Assembly: GCA_963843845.1 (NCBI GenBank)
Contig: CAWJMB010000002.1
Span: 3,360,001 to 3,424,000, forward strand
Source of the DNA: an uncultured Gemmatimonadaceae bacterium
GTDB taxonomy: Bacteria; Gemmatimonadota; Gemmatimonadetes; Gemmatimonadales; Gemmatimonadaceae
DNA length: 64,000 bases
Direction of reading: 5' to 3'
Position numbers and translations under genes: made by a program. Below the pieces are notes generated by a model. It had not been told where the DNA came from and ran no database searches. It saw only the letters and a list, made by a program, of their open reading frames with translations. Of the stretch, positions 44,723-56,367 are shown one piece after another. How positions within the stretch are numbered: the stretch's first letter is position 1; every line of letters starts with the position of its first letter.

Positions 44723-45981
44723 TGTCCCAGCTCCAGCGCGGCGAGGATGAACGGGCCGACGCCCTTGTAGTCGTCGGTCACGACCGGCTCGCTGACGTAG
44801 TACGCGAACGACCCGTCGCGCGTCGACCCGTCCGCGCGCGGCGCCCCGCCGAGCCCGGAGACCTGGACGACGTTGATGAGCGAGATCGTGCCGTTCGCAT
44901 TCGTGCGCACGAGGTTGCGCACGAGGCCGTCGAAGCCGCGCCGCGCGACCGCACGATAGCGCGCGTCGACGTAGCCGAGCCGCGCGGCCTTCGCGAGCGC
45001 GTAGGCGAACATGCTCGACGCGCTCGCCTCGAGATAGTTGCCGGCGCGGTTCGGCTCGTCGAGCACGTCCCACCACAGCCCGGTCACGGGGTCCTGCACA
45101 CGCGCGATCCCCTCGGCCGCGTCGCGCAGCGTGGCGACGATCGCGTCGCGGTCGCGGTGCGTCGGCGGCAGCTGGTCGAGCGTCTCGACGACGGCGACCA
45201 CGTACCACCCCATCGCGCGCGCCCAGAAGTGCTTCGACAGGCCGGTCGCGCTGTCGGCCCACGGCTGCGCCCGCGCCGCGTCCCACGCGTGGTACATGAG
45301 CCCCGTGCGCGGGTCGCGCGTGTGGCGCGCGACGAGGAGGAACTGGCGCGCGACGTCGTCGAACGCGGCGGGCTCGCCGAACGTCGCGGCATACTGGGCG
45401 TAGAACGGTGCGCCCATGAACAGCCCGTCGAGCCACATCTGCTGCGGATAGATCTTCTTGTGCCAGAAGCCGCCTTCGGCCGTGCGCGGCTGCCGCCGCA
45501 GCTGTTCGCGCAGCAGGTCGGCGGCCTTTCGGTAGCGCGCGTCGTTCGTTCGCGCGTACAGCCCGAACAGCAGCCGCCCCTGCACGATCGCGTCGATGTT
45601 GAACTCGTCGAGCCGGTAGCCGCCGCCGATCGTGCCGTCCGCCCCGACGTAGCGGTCCATGTTCGCCCGGACGTAGCGCAGCATCGCCGAGTCGCGTCGC
45701 GCGAGCGCGACCTTCTCGATCGCGCCGAGCACGACGCCCCCCGTGTAGTCCCACCGCCGGTGGTTCACCGGGTTGCGGCGCATGACCGACCGCGCCATGC
45801 GCACCGACCACGGCGTTCCGTTCGGCACCGCGCGGCCGGACGAGTCGGCGATCGGAAGCGGGCGGTTCCCCGGCTGCGGCGTTCCTTCGCCGAGCTGCGG
45901 CGTCTGGGCGCGCACCGTCGGGGCGAGGGCGAGCGCGGCGCCGAACAGCGCGTGACGGAGCGCGCGGCGGTGAGCCGTCAT
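44719..45981 (-). CDS. GH105 unsaturated rhamnogalacturonyl hydrolase
   Basis: WDYTGG, GGFWHK, QMWLDGLFM, FWARAMGW and YLEASAS. Confidence 0.92.
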   Translation of the reverse strand: MTAHRRALRHALFGAALALAPTVRAQTPQLGEGTPQPGNRPLPIADSSGRAVPNGTPWSVRMARSVMRRNPVNHRRWDYTGGVVLGAIEKVALARRDSAMLRYVRANMDRYVGADGTIGGGYRLDEFNIDAIVQGRLLFGLYARTNDARYRKAADLLREQLRRQPRTAEGGFWHKKIYPQQMWLDGLFMGAPFYAQYAATFGEPAAFDDVARQFLLVARHTRDPRTGLMYHAWDAARAQPWADSATGLSKHFWARAMGWYVVAVVETLDQLPPTHRDRDAIVATLRDAAEGIARVQDPVTGLWWDVLDEPNRAGNYLEASASSMFAYALAKAARLGYVDARYRAVARRGFDGLVRNLVRTNANGTISLINVVQVSGLGGAPRADGSTRDGSFAYYVSEPVVTDDYKGVGPFILAALELGQ

Positions 45982-47387
45982 GGGGTCGCGAGCGGACGCC
46001 CGTTCATCGTCGAGCGCTCGTAGCGGAGCCCGCGCACGTTCTCGGTCACGTTTCCCTTCGCGACGCCGTCGAAGCGGCAGTCGATCAGGCGGACGTCCGA
46101 GATCTCCGAGCGATCGTACGCGCGTGCGTAGATCCCGTACGGGCTCTTGCGGCTCGTCACGTTGCGCAGCTCGACGTCGCGCACGACCGGCACGTAGTCG
46201 CCCGCCCGCCCTTCCTCGTAGTACAGGTCGATCGACAGCACCGCGTCGGCGACCTCGCCGACGGTGACGTCGCGCATGTAGACGTGCTCGAGCAGCCCGC
46301 CGCGCGCCGCGTTGTTCTTGAAGCGGAGCGCGCGGTCGAGGTTCGGGCTGTCCATCGTGCAGCGCTCCACGAACACGTTGCGCACGCCGCCCGAGATCTC
46401 GCTCCCGATCGTGACGCCGCCGTGCCCGTCTTTCATCCGGCAGTCGCGGACGATCACGTTCTCCGTCGGCACGCCGACGCGGCGGCCGTCTTCGTTGCGC
46501 CCCGACTTGATCGCGATGCAGTCGTCGCCGGTGTCGAACTCGCACCCCTCGATCAGCACGTCGCGACACGAGTCGGGGTCGCAGCCGTCGTTGTTCGGCC
46601 CGTGCGAGTCGACGTGCACGCGCCGAACCGTCACGTTGGTGCACAGCGTCGGATTGATCTCCCACATCGGCGAGCGCACGATCGTCACCCCTTCGATCAG
46701 CACGTTGCGGCAGCGATAGGGTTGGATGAAGCTCGACCGCAGGAAGTCGCCGTCGCCGAACACGCGCTCCGACGTCGGCACGCCGCGGCGCATCATCTCC
46801 ATCAGCCGCGCGCGGGCCGGCGCCTGCGTTCCGCCGCCGCGCCCGGCGCCCCCCTTCCACGCCCACCAGTTGTCCTCGCCCGCCTGCCCGTCGAGCGTGC
46901 CGTCGCCGGTGACCGCGACGTTCTCCTGATCGAGCGCGTAGATGAGCGGCGAGTAGCCCATCAGCTCCACGCCTTCGAAGCGCGTGAGCACCTGTGGCAG
47001 GTAGGCACGCGGGTCGGTCGCGAACGCGATCGTCGCGCCCCTGGCGACGTGCAGGTTCACGTTGCTCCGGAGCGTAATGGGCCCGGTGAGGAACCGCCCC
47101 GCCGGCACGACGACGCGCCCCCCGCCGCTCGCCGCGCACGCCGCGATGGCGCTGCGGAACGCCGCCGAGCAGTCGGTCCGTCCGTCACCGACGGCGCCGT
47201 GGCGCGTGACGTCGACGTCGCGCGCCGGGAAGGCCGGAGGCACGATCCGCGCAAGGATGCCCGGCACCTGCTCCCACCCGGCGGCCGGCGCTCGACGGGT
47301 GCCGAACGACCGGCACGCGACGAGCGGCGCGCCGGCGAGCAGCGCTCCCGTCCGCACGAAGTCGCGACGAGTCAGTCCACGATTCAC
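45978..47387 (-). CDS. GH28 exo-polygalacturonase-like, Tat-exported
   Basis: Tat motif TRRDFV, NNDGCDP, GDDCIAIKSG, GHGGVTIGSE and RFK. Confidence 0.92.
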   Translation of the reverse strand: MNRGLTRRDFVRTGALLAGAPLVACRSFGTRRAPAAGWEQVPGILARIVPPAFPARDVDVTRHGAVGDGRTDCSAAFRSAIAACAASGGGRVVVPAGRFLTGPITLRSNVNLHVARGATIAFATDPRAYLPQVLTRFEGVELMGYSPLIYALDQENVAVTGDGTLDGQAGEDNWWAWKGGAGRGGGTQAPARARLMEMMRRGVPTSERVFGDGDFLRSSFIQPYRCRNVLIEGVTIVRSPMWEINPTLCTNVTVRRVHVDSHGPNNDGCDPDSCRDVLIEGCEFDTGDDCIAIKSGRNEDGRRVGVPTENVIVRDCRMKDGHGGVTIGSEISGGVRNVFVERCTMDSPNLDRALRFKNNAARGGLLEHVYMRDVTVGEVADAVLSIDLYYEEGRAGDYVPVVRDVELRNVTSRKSPYGIYARAYDRSEISDVRLIDCRFDGVAKGNVTENVRGLRYERSTMNGRPLATP

Positions 47388-47394
47388 GGCACGT

Positions 47395-48588
47395 TCATCT
47401 GGGGTATCTCGCCGCCCACCGATCGTACCGCCGCAGCATCGCGACCGGCGCGTCGGTGAACCAGAGGTAGCCTTGCCGGCGGTCGGTGAGGCGGTCGGCG
47501 TCGTAGAGCGTGATGCCGTCGCGGTTCGCGAACAGCGGGCGGTTCGTGCCGATCTCGTTGAGCCGCGCCCAGAGCGGGCCGGCTCGATCGTCCGCCCGGA
47601 GCTCGAACCGGTCGTAGGCGTAGCCGCGGATCGCCGCCGAGCGGAACCAGTCCGCCGCCGAGTGCACGGCGCGCACCGCCCGCGCGCTCGGCCGCGGCAG
47701 GCGCATGAGATAGTCGACGATCGCGACGCTCTCGAGGCTCGCGAGCGACGTCAGCTCGTAGCTCCGCGCGCTCGTCGGCGCGAGCGTCAGCGGATCGTGC
47801 TGCTGCCCCCAGATCGTCCGCACCCCGCGCACGACGACCTGCGACGCGAGCACGCAGTCGAGCCCGGCCGCGATCGCCCGACGCGCCGAGTCGCGCGTCG
47901 ACGCCGGCACGAACGCGTGCTCCCCGTCGGCCACCTCGCCCAACAGGTCGAGCGCGTTCACCGTCGCCCGGTCGTTGAACGTCGCCGCGTCGTGGTACCC
48001 GCCGTCGAGCGGGTAGCTCTGCGGCCAGCAGCCGTTCGGGTACTGCGCGGCGAGCAGATACTCGACGCCGCGCCGGAACGCCGCCGCACGGCGCGGGTCC
48101 GGGTGCGCGCGGTCGGCGCGGGCGAGGAAGCGCAGCTCGCCGGTCGTCGCGTCGTTGTCGAGCGTCGAGATCCACGCCCACTCGTTCGACTCGGCGAAGT
48201 AGCTCTGGCCGACGGCGCGCGGGCCGCGCATGTAGTCGACGTGCTTGGACCACCCGCCGTTCGGCGCCTGGTACGAGAGCACCGCGTCGACCACCGCGCG
48301 GCCGCTGTCGCTGGCGAGCCACGCCGCCGTCATCCAGGGCTGCGGGTCGAAGTCGTGCGCGTAGGGCGCTCGGCGCATGGTGTCTCGCCCGACGCGCCGC
48401 AGCTCGGCGTGCATCGACGCCGTGTCGCGCGCGTGGGCCGCCCGCGACCGAGCGAGGTACGCGCGCCACGCCGCGGCGTGGGCAGGCGCCAGCCGCGCGA
48501 GGCGTGCGTCGCTGAGCAGCGGGCCGGCCTGCGCGTCCGCCCGCGCGACGACGGCCGAGAGCAGCACGAGCGCGAGCAGCGTGCGCAC
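47395..48588 (-). CDS. Pectate lyase, PL10 family
   Basis: GGWSKH, TLDNDAT, AQYPNGCWPQ, TFND, WGQQH, ARSYE and RRQGYLW. Confidence 0.9.
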   Translation of the reverse strand: MRTLLALVLLSAVVARADAQAGPLLSDARLARLAPAHAAAWRAYLARSRAAHARDTASMHAELRRVGRDTMRRAPYAHDFDPQPWMTAAWLASDSGRAVVDAVLSYQAPNGGWSKHVDYMRGPRAVGQSYFAESNEWAWISTLDNDATTGELRFLARADRAHPDPRRAAAFRRGVEYLLAAQYPNGCWPQSYPLDGGYHDAATFNDRATVNALDLLGEVADGEHAFVPASTRDSARRAIAAGLDCVLASQVVVRGVRTIWGQQHDPLTLAPTSARSYELTSLASLESVAIVDYLMRLPRPSARAVRAVHSAADWFRSAAIRGYAYDRFELRADDRAGPLWARLNEIGTNRPLFANRDGITLYDADRLTDRRQGYLWFTDAPVAMLRRYDRWAARYPR

Positions 48589-48591
48589 GGC

Positions 48592-49881
48592 TCAGCCCCG
48601 GTCGAGGCGCACGACTTCCATCTTCGGCGCGAGCAGATGGATGATGAGCAGCGCCGTCACGTAGGCGAGCCCGCACCAGACGAAGATCGGCGCGTAGTTG
48701 CTGCCGTTGTTCTGCAGGACGTATCCGGTCACGCGCTGGAACAGAAAGCCCATCGCCGCCCCGGCGAAGCCGCCGAGTCCGACGACGCTGCCCAACGCCT
48801 GGCGCGGGAACATGTCGCTGCTCAGCGTGAACAGGTTCGCCGACCACCACTGGTGCGCGGCCGCGGCGACGCTGACGATCGCGACCGCCGTCCACAGACT
48901 CGTCGCCGCGGGGGCGAACATCGTCGGGACGATGAGCAGCGCGGCGATGAGCAGCGTCACCTTGCGCGCCGTCGGCACCGCCCAGCCGCGCTTGATGAGC
49001 GCCCCCGACAGCCACCCGCCGCCGACCGAGCCGACGTCGGCGACGAGATACACGACGATGAGCGGCAGCGCGATCGCGCCGAGCTTCACGCCGAACTGCT
49101 TGTCGAGAAACTTCGGCAGCCAGAACGTATAGAACCACCACACGCCGTCGGTCAGCGCCTTGCCGACGATGAACGTCCACGTCTGGCGATAGCCGAGCAG
49201 CCGGAGCCAGCTCACGTGCGCGACGGGCTCGTCCACCTGGCCGTCCCGGATGTACGCCAGCTCACCCGGAGTGAGGCGCGGGTGCTCCGCCGGCGCGCGG
49301 TAGAACGCGAGCCAGAGCGCGAGCCACACGAACCCGATCGCGCCGGTGACGATGAACGCCGGCCGCCACCCCCACGTGAGGGTGATCCACGGCACGAGGA
49401 TCGCCGTCGCGAGCGCGCCGACGTTCGAGCCGGCGTTGAAGATCCCGGTCGCGAACGCGCGCTCGTGCTTCGGGAACCACTCCGCGGTCGACTTGATCGC
49501 CGCCGGGAAGTTCCCGCTCTCGCCGAGGCCCAACAGAAAGCGGGCGAGGGCGAAGCCGAACACGCTGTAGACGACGCCGTGCGCCATCCCGGCGATGCTC
49601 CACACGACGACGGCGACCGCGAAGCCGATCCGCACGCCGACCTTGTCGATGAAGCGCCCGACGAAGAGAAAGCCGATCGCGTACGCCGCGGTCCACCACG
49701 ACGTGATGTTCGCATACTGCGACTCCGACCACCCGAACTCCGCCTGCAGCGTCGGCGCGAGCACGCCGGTGACCTGCCGATCCAGGTAGTTGATCGTCGT
49801 CGCGAAGAACAGCAGGAAGCAGATCGTCCACCGGTAGCGGCCGACCGTCTCGAGCGGGGTGGCGGCCGTCGCGGCCGTCAC
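48592..49881 (-). CDS. exuT: MFS hexuronate transporter (ExuT-like)
   Basis: [26 protein letters not shown] and [10 protein letters not shown]; pathway context. Confidence 0.85.
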   Translation of the reverse strand: MTAATAATPLETVGRYRWTICFLLFFATTINYLDRQVTGVLAPTLQAEFGWSESQYANITSWWTAAYAIGFLFVGRFIDKVGVRIGFAVAVVVWSIAGMAHGVVYSVFGFALARFLLGLGESGNFPAAIKSTAEWFPKHERAFATGIFNAGSNVGALATAILVPWITLTWGWRPAFIVTGAIGFVWLALWLAFYRAPAEHPRLTPGELAYIRDGQVDEPVAHVSWLRLLGYRQTWTFIVGKALTDGVWWFYTFWLPKFLDKQFGVKLGAIALPLIVVYLVADVGSVGGGWLSGALIKRGWAVPTARKVTLLIAALLIVPTMFAPAATSLWTAVAIVSVAAAAHQWWSANLFTLSSDMFPRQALGSVVGLGGFAGAAMGFLFQRVTGYVLQNNGSNYAPIFVWCGLAYVTALLIIHLLAPKMEVVRLDRG

Positions 49882-50915
49882 CGCTGCACCCGCCCGCTGC
49901 CGTCTCCTTTCAGGAGCCCCTCCACTTCCGGCACGGTGACGCGATTGAAGTCGCCGTTGATCGAGTGCTTGAGGCACGACGCGGCCGTCGCGAACTCGAG
50001 CGCCTGCCGGTCCGCGTAGGTCAGCAGCCCGTAGATCATGCCGCCCGCGAACGAGTCGCCGCCGCCGACGCGGTCGACGATGTCGGTGATCTCGTAGCGT
50101 CGGCTCATGAGGAACTGCGAGCCGGTGTGCATGCACGCCGACCAGCCGTTGCGGTCCGCGCTGTGGCTCTCGCGCAGCGTGATGACCTGCTTCTTGAGGT
50201 TCGGGAACTCCTCGAGCACGCGCTTCGCCATCGCCTCGTACTTCGCCGCGTCGAGCTCCCCCGAGTGCACGTCGACGTCGTCCATCGTCACGCCGAGCGA
50301 CATCTGGCAGTCTTCTTCGTTCGCGATCCCGACGTCGACGTACCGCACCAGCTCTCGCATCACCTCGGGCGCCTTCTTGCCGTACTTCCAGAGGTTCTTG
50401 CGGTAGTTGTAGTCGCACGACACCGGAACGCCCTTCGCCTGCGCCGCCTTCGCCGCCTCGATCGACAGATCCGCCGCGCTCTGCGAGATCGCCGGCGTGA
50501 CGCCGCTCACGTGGAACCAGCTCGCGCCGTCGAAGATCGCGTCCCAGTCGAAGTCGCCGGGCTTCGCGGTGCTGATGCTCGACCCGGCGCGGTCGTACGT
50601 CACCTTCGACGGCCGCTGGTTGGCGCCGGTCTCGAGGAAGTAGATGCCGAGCCGCTCACCCTGCCGCTTCACCGCGCTCGTGTCGACGCCCCACCGCCGC
50701 AGCTCGCCGAGGCACGCGTCGCCGACGTTGTTCGCCGGGATCGCCGTCGCGAACGTCGCCCGCAGCCCGTAGTTGCACAGCGACACCGCGACGTTCGCCT
50801 CGGCGCCGCCGAACGTGGCCTCGAGCGCGGGGCTCTGGAACAGCCGGTCGAAGCCGGGGGACTTCAGGCGAAGCATGACTTCGCCGAACGTGACGACGCG
50901 TGTGGGTGCGGACAT
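49878..50915 (-). CDS. kdgK: 2-dehydro-3-deoxygluconokinase (PfkB family)
   Basis: [16 protein letters not shown] and DRVGGGDSF. Confidence 0.9.
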   Translation of the reverse strand: MSAPTRVVTFGEVMLRLKSPGFDRLFQSPALEATFGGAEANVAVSLCNYGLRATFATAIPANNVGDACLGELRRWGVDTSAVKRQGERLGIYFLETGANQRPSKVTYDRAGSSISTAKPGDFDWDAIFDGASWFHVSGVTPAISQSAADLSIEAAKAAQAKGVPVSCDYNYRKNLWKYGKKAPEVMRELVRYVDVGIANEEDCQMSLGVTMDDVDVHSGELDAAKYEAMAKRVLEEFPNLKKQVITLRESHSADRNGWSACMHTGSQFLMSRRYEITDIVDRVGGGDSFAGGMIYGLLTYADRQALEFATAASCLKHSINGDFNRVTVPEVEGLLKGDGSGRVQR

Positions 50916-50956
50916 GGACGGGCGGGTGGTGGGCGGGTGCCGAGGGGCGGTGGTCG

Positions 50957-51607
50957 TCAGGCGGGGAGCGCGGCGACGGCGTCGCGCGTCGCGTCGCGGA
51001 TGCGGTCGAACTGCTTCGCCGCGATCCAGTCGCTCGGCGCCATCCACGAGCCGCCGCACGCGACGACGTTCCTGAGCGCGAGATAGCTGCCGATGTTGCT
51101 CGCGTTGACGCCCCCGGTCGGCATGAACTCGACACTGGTGTAGGGCGCCGAGATCGCCTTGAGGTAGGGCACGCCGCCGGCGGGCTCCGCGGGGAAGAAC
51201 TTCAGCACGGTCAACCCCGTGGACAGCGCGGCCTCGACTTCGGTCGGCGTGCAGACGCCCGGATAGACCGGGATGTCGTGCGTCAGGCAGTAGTCGACGA
51301 CGGCGGGGCTGAATCCCGGCGCGACCATGAAGTGCGCTCCCGCCGCGCGCGCCTCGGCCGCCTGCTGCGGCGTGAGCACCGTCCCCGCGCCGGCGAGCAT
51401 GTCGGGGTGCTCGGCGCAGATGCGGCGCAGCGCCTCGCCGGCGGCCTTCGTGCGGAACGTCACCTCGGCGCAGGCGAGGCCGCCGTCGGTGAGCGCGGCG
51501 GCGAGCGGCACGGCGTCGTCGGCGTCGTCGATGACGATCACCGGCACGATGCGCGTCTGCCGGAGGCGGGCGGTGACGGCGTCGAACGCCGGAAGCGTGG
51601 TGGCCAT
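50957..51607 (-). CDS. eda: KDPG/KHG aldolase
   Basis: EVTFRT, GAGTV, KFFPAE and PTGGV. Confidence 0.95.
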   Translation of the reverse strand: MATTLPAFDAVTARLRQTRIVPVIVIDDADDAVPLAAALTDGGLACAEVTFRTKAAGEALRRICAEHPDMLAGAGTVLTPQQAAEARAAGAHFMVAPGFSPAVVDYCLTHDIPVYPGVCTPTEVEAALSTGLTVLKFFPAEPAGGVPYLKAISAPYTSVEFMPTGGVNASNIGSYLALRNVVACGGSWMAPSDWIAAKQFDRIRDATRDAVAALPA

Positions 51608-51625
51608 GAGAGCGTTAGGCAGGTG

Positions 51626-53186
51626 TCAGGCGAGCGCGGCGTTCGGTCTGGCCGGCGCGGCGAGCAGCGCGTCGAGCGCGGCCGGCACGCCGCGCTCGAT
51701 CATGTCGAGGAGCGACGTGCGGACCGCGTCCTCGAAGCCGGGAATCGTCGTGAGATCCGTCTCCCACACCGTCGCGTCGGCGAGCACGTCGCGCACGAGC
51801 CGTTCGATCCGTGCACGAGCCTCCCCCCGCTCGGCGACGCGTCGGGCGACTCGCCGAGCGCGGCCCACGCGGCACGGATGCGCGCGCCCTGGTCGTCGGC
51901 GCGCGTCGTCGATCGCGTCGTCGCGCAGCAGCAGCAGGTGCGACGCGAGCGCGAAGGCCAGCGCGCGCGGCGGCTCGCCGAATCGCGCGGCGTAGCGCTC
52001 GATCGTCGGCACGAGGCGCACGCGCGCCTTCATCGTCGCCTGCAGCGTGATGTCGACGAGGGCGTGACGGATGAACGGATTCGCGAACCGGTCGAGCACC
52101 GCGCGCGCGAAGTCGGTGACGCCCGGGATCCCCTCCAGCGTCGGGACGATCTCGCGCAGCATGATGTGGCGGACGTACGCGCCGATCCGCGCGTCGGTCA
52201 TCGCGTCGCGCACGGTCTCGCAGCCGACGAGCAGCGCGGCCGGCACCATCGCCGTGTGCGTGCCGTTCAGCAGGCGCACCTTCCGCTCGCGGTACGGCGT
52301 GACGTCGTCGGTGACGACGATCCCCTCGTCGGCCGCGGAGAGCCGCTCGAGCAGCCCGGCCTGGGCGGCGCGCGCGGTGCGCGGCACCTCGATCGCGAAC
52401 AGTCGGTACGGCTCGCACGTCGTGATCAGCGCGTCGTCGTAGCCGAGCGCCGCGGCGAGGCGGTCGGCGTCGGGGCCGCCGGGCGCGCCGGGGACGATGC
52501 GGTCGACGAGCGTGTTGCAGAACGGCACCGCGCGCTCGATCCACCGCGCGAACGCGCGCGTCGAGCTGCCAGCGCGCGGCGTGCGCGAGCACCATCGCAC
52601 GGAGCGTCGCGCCGTTGCCTTCGATCAGCTCGCAGGGCAGCACGACGACGCCCCTGCCCTCGTCGTAGTCGAACGCCGCGGCGCGCTCGGCCAGGAAGCG
52701 CGCGAGCTTCGCGGGGAACGACGGCGGCGGCGCGTCGTCGTACGCGTCGCCGTCGCTCATCACGATGCCGACCTCGGTCGTGTTCGAGAACACGAGCTCG
52801 AGCTCGGGGGCGCGGGCCACGGCGAGCACCGCGTCCCACTCCGCCGCGGCGGAGAGCGCGCGGCTGACGCTCGTCACGATCGCGTGCGACTCGTGGGGCT
52901 CGCCGCGCACGAGTCCCTGCGTGACGAGCGTGAACAGCCCGTCCTGCGCGCCGATCGCCGCGTCGCGCCCGCTCCCCGTCGAGCCGACCGCGACGACGCG
53001 GCCGCCGAGCGCGCCGGTCCGGTTCGCCGAGTCGACGAAGAAGTCGACGAGGCCGCGGAGCAGCGCGCCGGTGCCGAACTGCACCGCCGTCTCCGGCAGG
53101 GCGAGCAGCCGCGCGTCTTCCGCGGGGAGCATCGCACGCGTCAGCCGCGGCCGCGTCGGCACGCCGTCGGGGGCCGCGCTCGTCAC
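51626..53186 (-). CDS. uxaB: Tagaturonate reductase (frameshifted near 52555 and in the 3' part)
   Basis: QFGTGALLRG, SNTTEVG, FPAKL, LPCELI, TLVDRIVPG, RERKVRLLNG and RFANPF. Confidence 0.88.
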
Positions 53187-54787
53187 AGCGTCACTCCTTC
53201 CTTCCAGATCGCGATCTCGCGGTAGCCGTGGCGCTCGTTGTTCGTGCGCGCGCGCCCCGACGCGACCTCGATGACGTAGGCGAGCAGCTCGTCGGTGAGC
53301 TGGTCCATCGTCACCGTCCCGGCGAGCAGCCGCCCCGCGTCGAAGTCGATCCAGTGCGGCTTGCGCTCCGCGATGGTCGAGTTCGACGACACCTTGATCG
53401 TCGGCGCGGGGAAGCCCAACGGCGTGCCGCGCCCGGTCGTGAAGAGCAGCAGCGTCGCCCCGCTCGCCGTCATCGCCGTCGACGAGACGCCGTCGTTGCC
53501 GGGCGCCTCGAGCAGCGTGAGCCCGCCCGGCGCGGCCCGCTCGCCGTAGCGGAGCACGCGCGTCACCGTCGCGCGTCCCCCTTTCTGGATCGCGCCTAAC
53601 GATTTCTCCTCGAGCGTCGTCAGCCCGCCCGCCTTGTTGCCCGGCGACGGGTTCTCGTAGACGGGCTGCCCGTGGCGGATGAAGTATGCCTTGAAGTCGT
53701 TCACCATCGCGACGAGTCCGTCGAACACCGTCCCGTCCGCGCTGCGATCGAGCAGCACCTGCTCGGCGCCGAACATCTCGGGCACTTCGGTGAGCACGAC
53801 GCCGGCGCCGAACGCGGTGAGGCGGTCGGCGAGCCTGCCCAACAGCGCGTTCGCCGTGATGCCGCTGAACCCGTCCGATCCGCCGCACTTGTGGCCGACG
53901 ATCAGCTCGGAGACGGGGACCGGCTCGCGCCGGTCGTGCCGCATCGCCGCGACCAGCTCGCCGACGAGGCCGATCCCCGTCTCCATCTCGTCGACGACGT
54001 CCTGCGTGTTGAAGAAGCGCAGGCGGCTCCCGCGCTCCGCGCGGGATGACTCGGTCGGGTCGGCGAGCGCGAGGAAGCTCGCCATCTGGTTGTTCTCGCA
54101 GCCGAGTCCGAGCACCAGCACGCCCCCCGCGTTCGGGTGGCGCGCGAGCCCCGCGAGCACCTTCTGCGTGTTCGCGAGGTCGTCGCCGAGCTGGCTGCAG
54201 CCGTACGGGTGGGCGAACGCATAGACGCCGTCGACCTGCCCCGCGTACCGCTCGCTCGCCGCCTTCGCGATGCGCTCCGCCGCCGTGTTCACGCAGCCGA
54301 CCGTGTTGACGATCCACACCTCGTTGCGCGTGCCGACGCGTCCGCCCGGCCGACGGTAGCCGTCGAACGTCGGGACCGCGCCGTCAGGCGCCGGCGCCGC
54401 CGTCGGCCCGCGGAACGTGTACGACTCGGCGCCCGACAGCCGCGTCGCGAGGTTGTGCGAGTGCACCCACGCGCCGGCGGCGATCGCCTGCGTCGCGCCG
54501 CCGATCGGCATGCCGTACTTGAGCACCGGCTCGCCGAGCGCGATGGCACGCAGCGCGAGCTTGTGCCCGGCCGGCACGTCCTCCGCGAGCGTCACCGTCG
54601 CGCCGTCGACCGCGACGACCGCCCCGGCGCCTAACGGCTGCGTCGCGACCGCGACGTCGTCGGCGGGATGCACGCGAACGGCGGTCGGCGCGCCAGGCGG
54701 CGGCCCGCTCGACGCCCCCGCCTGCCCCGCGTGTCCGACGCGCTCCAGCACGCGCTCGCTGACGCCGATCGACACCGGACCGGTCAT
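53183..54787 (-). CDS. uxaA: Altronate dehydratase (SAF + GD_AH domains)
   Basis: DDVAVA, GHKLAL, HSHNL, HPYGCSQ, KCGGSD, ENPSPGNK and FTTGRG. Confidence 0.93.
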   Translation of the reverse strand: MTGPVSIGVSERVLERVGHAGQAGASSGPPPGAPTAVRVHPADDVAVATQPLGAGAVVAVDGATVTLAEDVPAGHKLALRAIALGEPVLKYGMPIGGATQAIAAGAWVHSHNLATRLSGAESYTFRGPTAAPAPDGAVPTFDGYRRPGGRVGTRNEVWIVNTVGCVNTAAERIAKAASERYAGQVDGVYAFAHPYGCSQLGDDLANTQKVLAGLARHPNAGGVLVLGLGCENNQMASFLALADPTESSRAERGSRLRFFNTQDVVDEMETGIGLVGELVAAMRHDRREPVPVSELIVGHKCGGSDGFSGITANALLGRLADRLTAFGAGVVLTEVPEMFGAEQVLLDRSADGTVFDGLVAMVNDFKAYFIRHGQPVYENPSPGNKAGGLTTLEEKSLGAIQKGGRATVTRVLRYGERAAPGGLTLLEAPGNDGVSSTAMTASGATLLLFTTGRGTPLGFPAPTIKVSSNSTIAERKPHWIDFDAGRLLAGTVTMDQLTDELLAYVIEVASGRARTNNERHGYREIAIWKEGVTL

Positions 54788-56255
54788 GGCGCGTCGAACT
54801 TGTACGTCGTGCGCGCGAGATCGTACGCGAGCGCGCGCGCCATCTCGCGCGCGTCGTCGAGATCGATCTGGTGCCGCGCGACGAGCCCGCCGAGCCAGTT
54901 CGCGTCGACGCGCCGCGACAGGTCGTGCCGCGCCGGGATCGAGCAGAACGCGCGCGTGTCGTCGTTGAAGCCGGCCGTGTTGTAGATCCCCGCCGTCTCC
55001 GTCACCTGCTCGCGGTAGCGCCGCATCCCCTCGAGCGAGTCGTGGAACCACCACGCGGGGCCGAGTCGCAGCGCGGGGTAGTGGCCGGCGAGCGGGGCGA
55101 GCTCGCGCGCGTACGTCGTCTCGTCGAGCGTGAACAGCACCAGCGTGAGACGCGGGTCGTTGCCGTGCGCGGCGAGCAGGTTCCTGAGGTTGCGCGTGTA
55201 CTCGGTCGCGACCGGGATGTCGGCTCCCTTGTCGGGGCCGAACCGCGGCGAAGATCGGCGCGTTGTGGTCGCGCAGCGCGCCCGGGTGCAGCTGCATGAC
55301 GAGCCCGTCCTCGGTCGACTGGCGCGCCATCTCGATCAGCATGTGCGCCTCGAACGCGCGCTGGTCGGCCGGCGTCGCCGCGCCCTGCCGTGCGCGCTGG
55401 AACAGCGCGTCCATCGCCTCCGGTGTCTGCGACTCCGTCCACGGCTCGACGACCGCGTGGTCGGTCGCGGTGGCGCCTGCCGACTTGAAGAACGCGCGCC
55501 GCTCGGCCAGCGCGGCGACGAACGCGTCGAACGTCGCGATCGACGTGCCGCACGCCGCTTCCAGCGCCGCGAGCTCGGTCGGCCACGACGGGAGCGCGAT
55601 GCGGAACACCGCGTCCGGCCGGAAGCTCGGCACGACGCGCCCCGTCCAGCCCGACTCGCGGATCGCGCGATGATGCGTGAGCGGGTCGGCCGCCGCGTCG
55701 GTCGTCGCGAGCACCTCGATGTTGAAGCGCTCGAACAGCGCGCGCGGCCGGTACTCCGGGCTCGCGAGCCGCTCGGCGATCTCGTCGTAGACGTAGTCGG
55801 CCGTCTCGCCGGAGAGCTTCACGCTGCACGCCGAACACCTCGGCCAGCTCGTGATCGAGCCAGATGCCGGTCGGCGTGCCGCGGAACAGGTGGTAGTGCG
55901 ACGCGAACACCCGCCAGATCCGGCGCGGATCGCGCTCGCCGCCCGGCCCGGCCGTGCCGTCGCGCGTCGGGATGCCCAACGCCTCGAGCGGCACGCCCTG
56001 CGAGTAGAGCATCCGGAAGATGTAGTGATCCGGGATGACGATGAGCGCCGTCGGCTCGGGGAACGGCGCGTTCGCCGCGAGCAGCGCCGGGTCGACGTGG
56101 CCGTGCGGGCAGATCAGCGGCAGGGTCGCCGTCTCCTCGTACAGCTCGCGCGCGACGCGTCGCACGGCCGGATCGGCGTCGAAGAACCGGTCCGGGTGCA
56201 GCACGAGCGGAGCGCCGAGGCGAGGGGCGGCGGGCGCGGAGGCGGGCGCGGTCAC
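54784..56255 (-). CDS. uxaC: Uronate (glucuronate/galacturonate) isomerase, two frameshifts (near 55245 and 55825)
   Basis: CPHGHVDP, PDHYIFRML, TTD, MQLHPG, GPAWWFHD, GFNDDTR and ARHDLSRR. Confidence 0.9.
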
Positions 56256-56286
56256 GAGTGGCTCATGCGGGCGAGGGCTCCCGAGT

Positions 56287-56311
56287 ATATTGTTCTTGCA
56301 AAGAACAAATG
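56287..56311. promoter_or_regulatory. 25-bp palindromic operator, copy 2 (ATATTGTTCT-TGCAA-AGAACAAATG)
   Basis: Lies in the divergent uxaC/ROK intergenic region and is near-identical to the 37825 site. Confidence 0.8.
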
Positions 56312-56367
56312 CTGACAGCAGTGTAGGCCACGGCCGCCGCTCCCGCAATAGGGCATCTTCTCCCGCC

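Noticed and set aside
53183..55822. uxaC-uxaA fusion ORF
   Set aside because: Frameshift artefact; uxaC ends at 54784 in another frame with an ATGA overlap.
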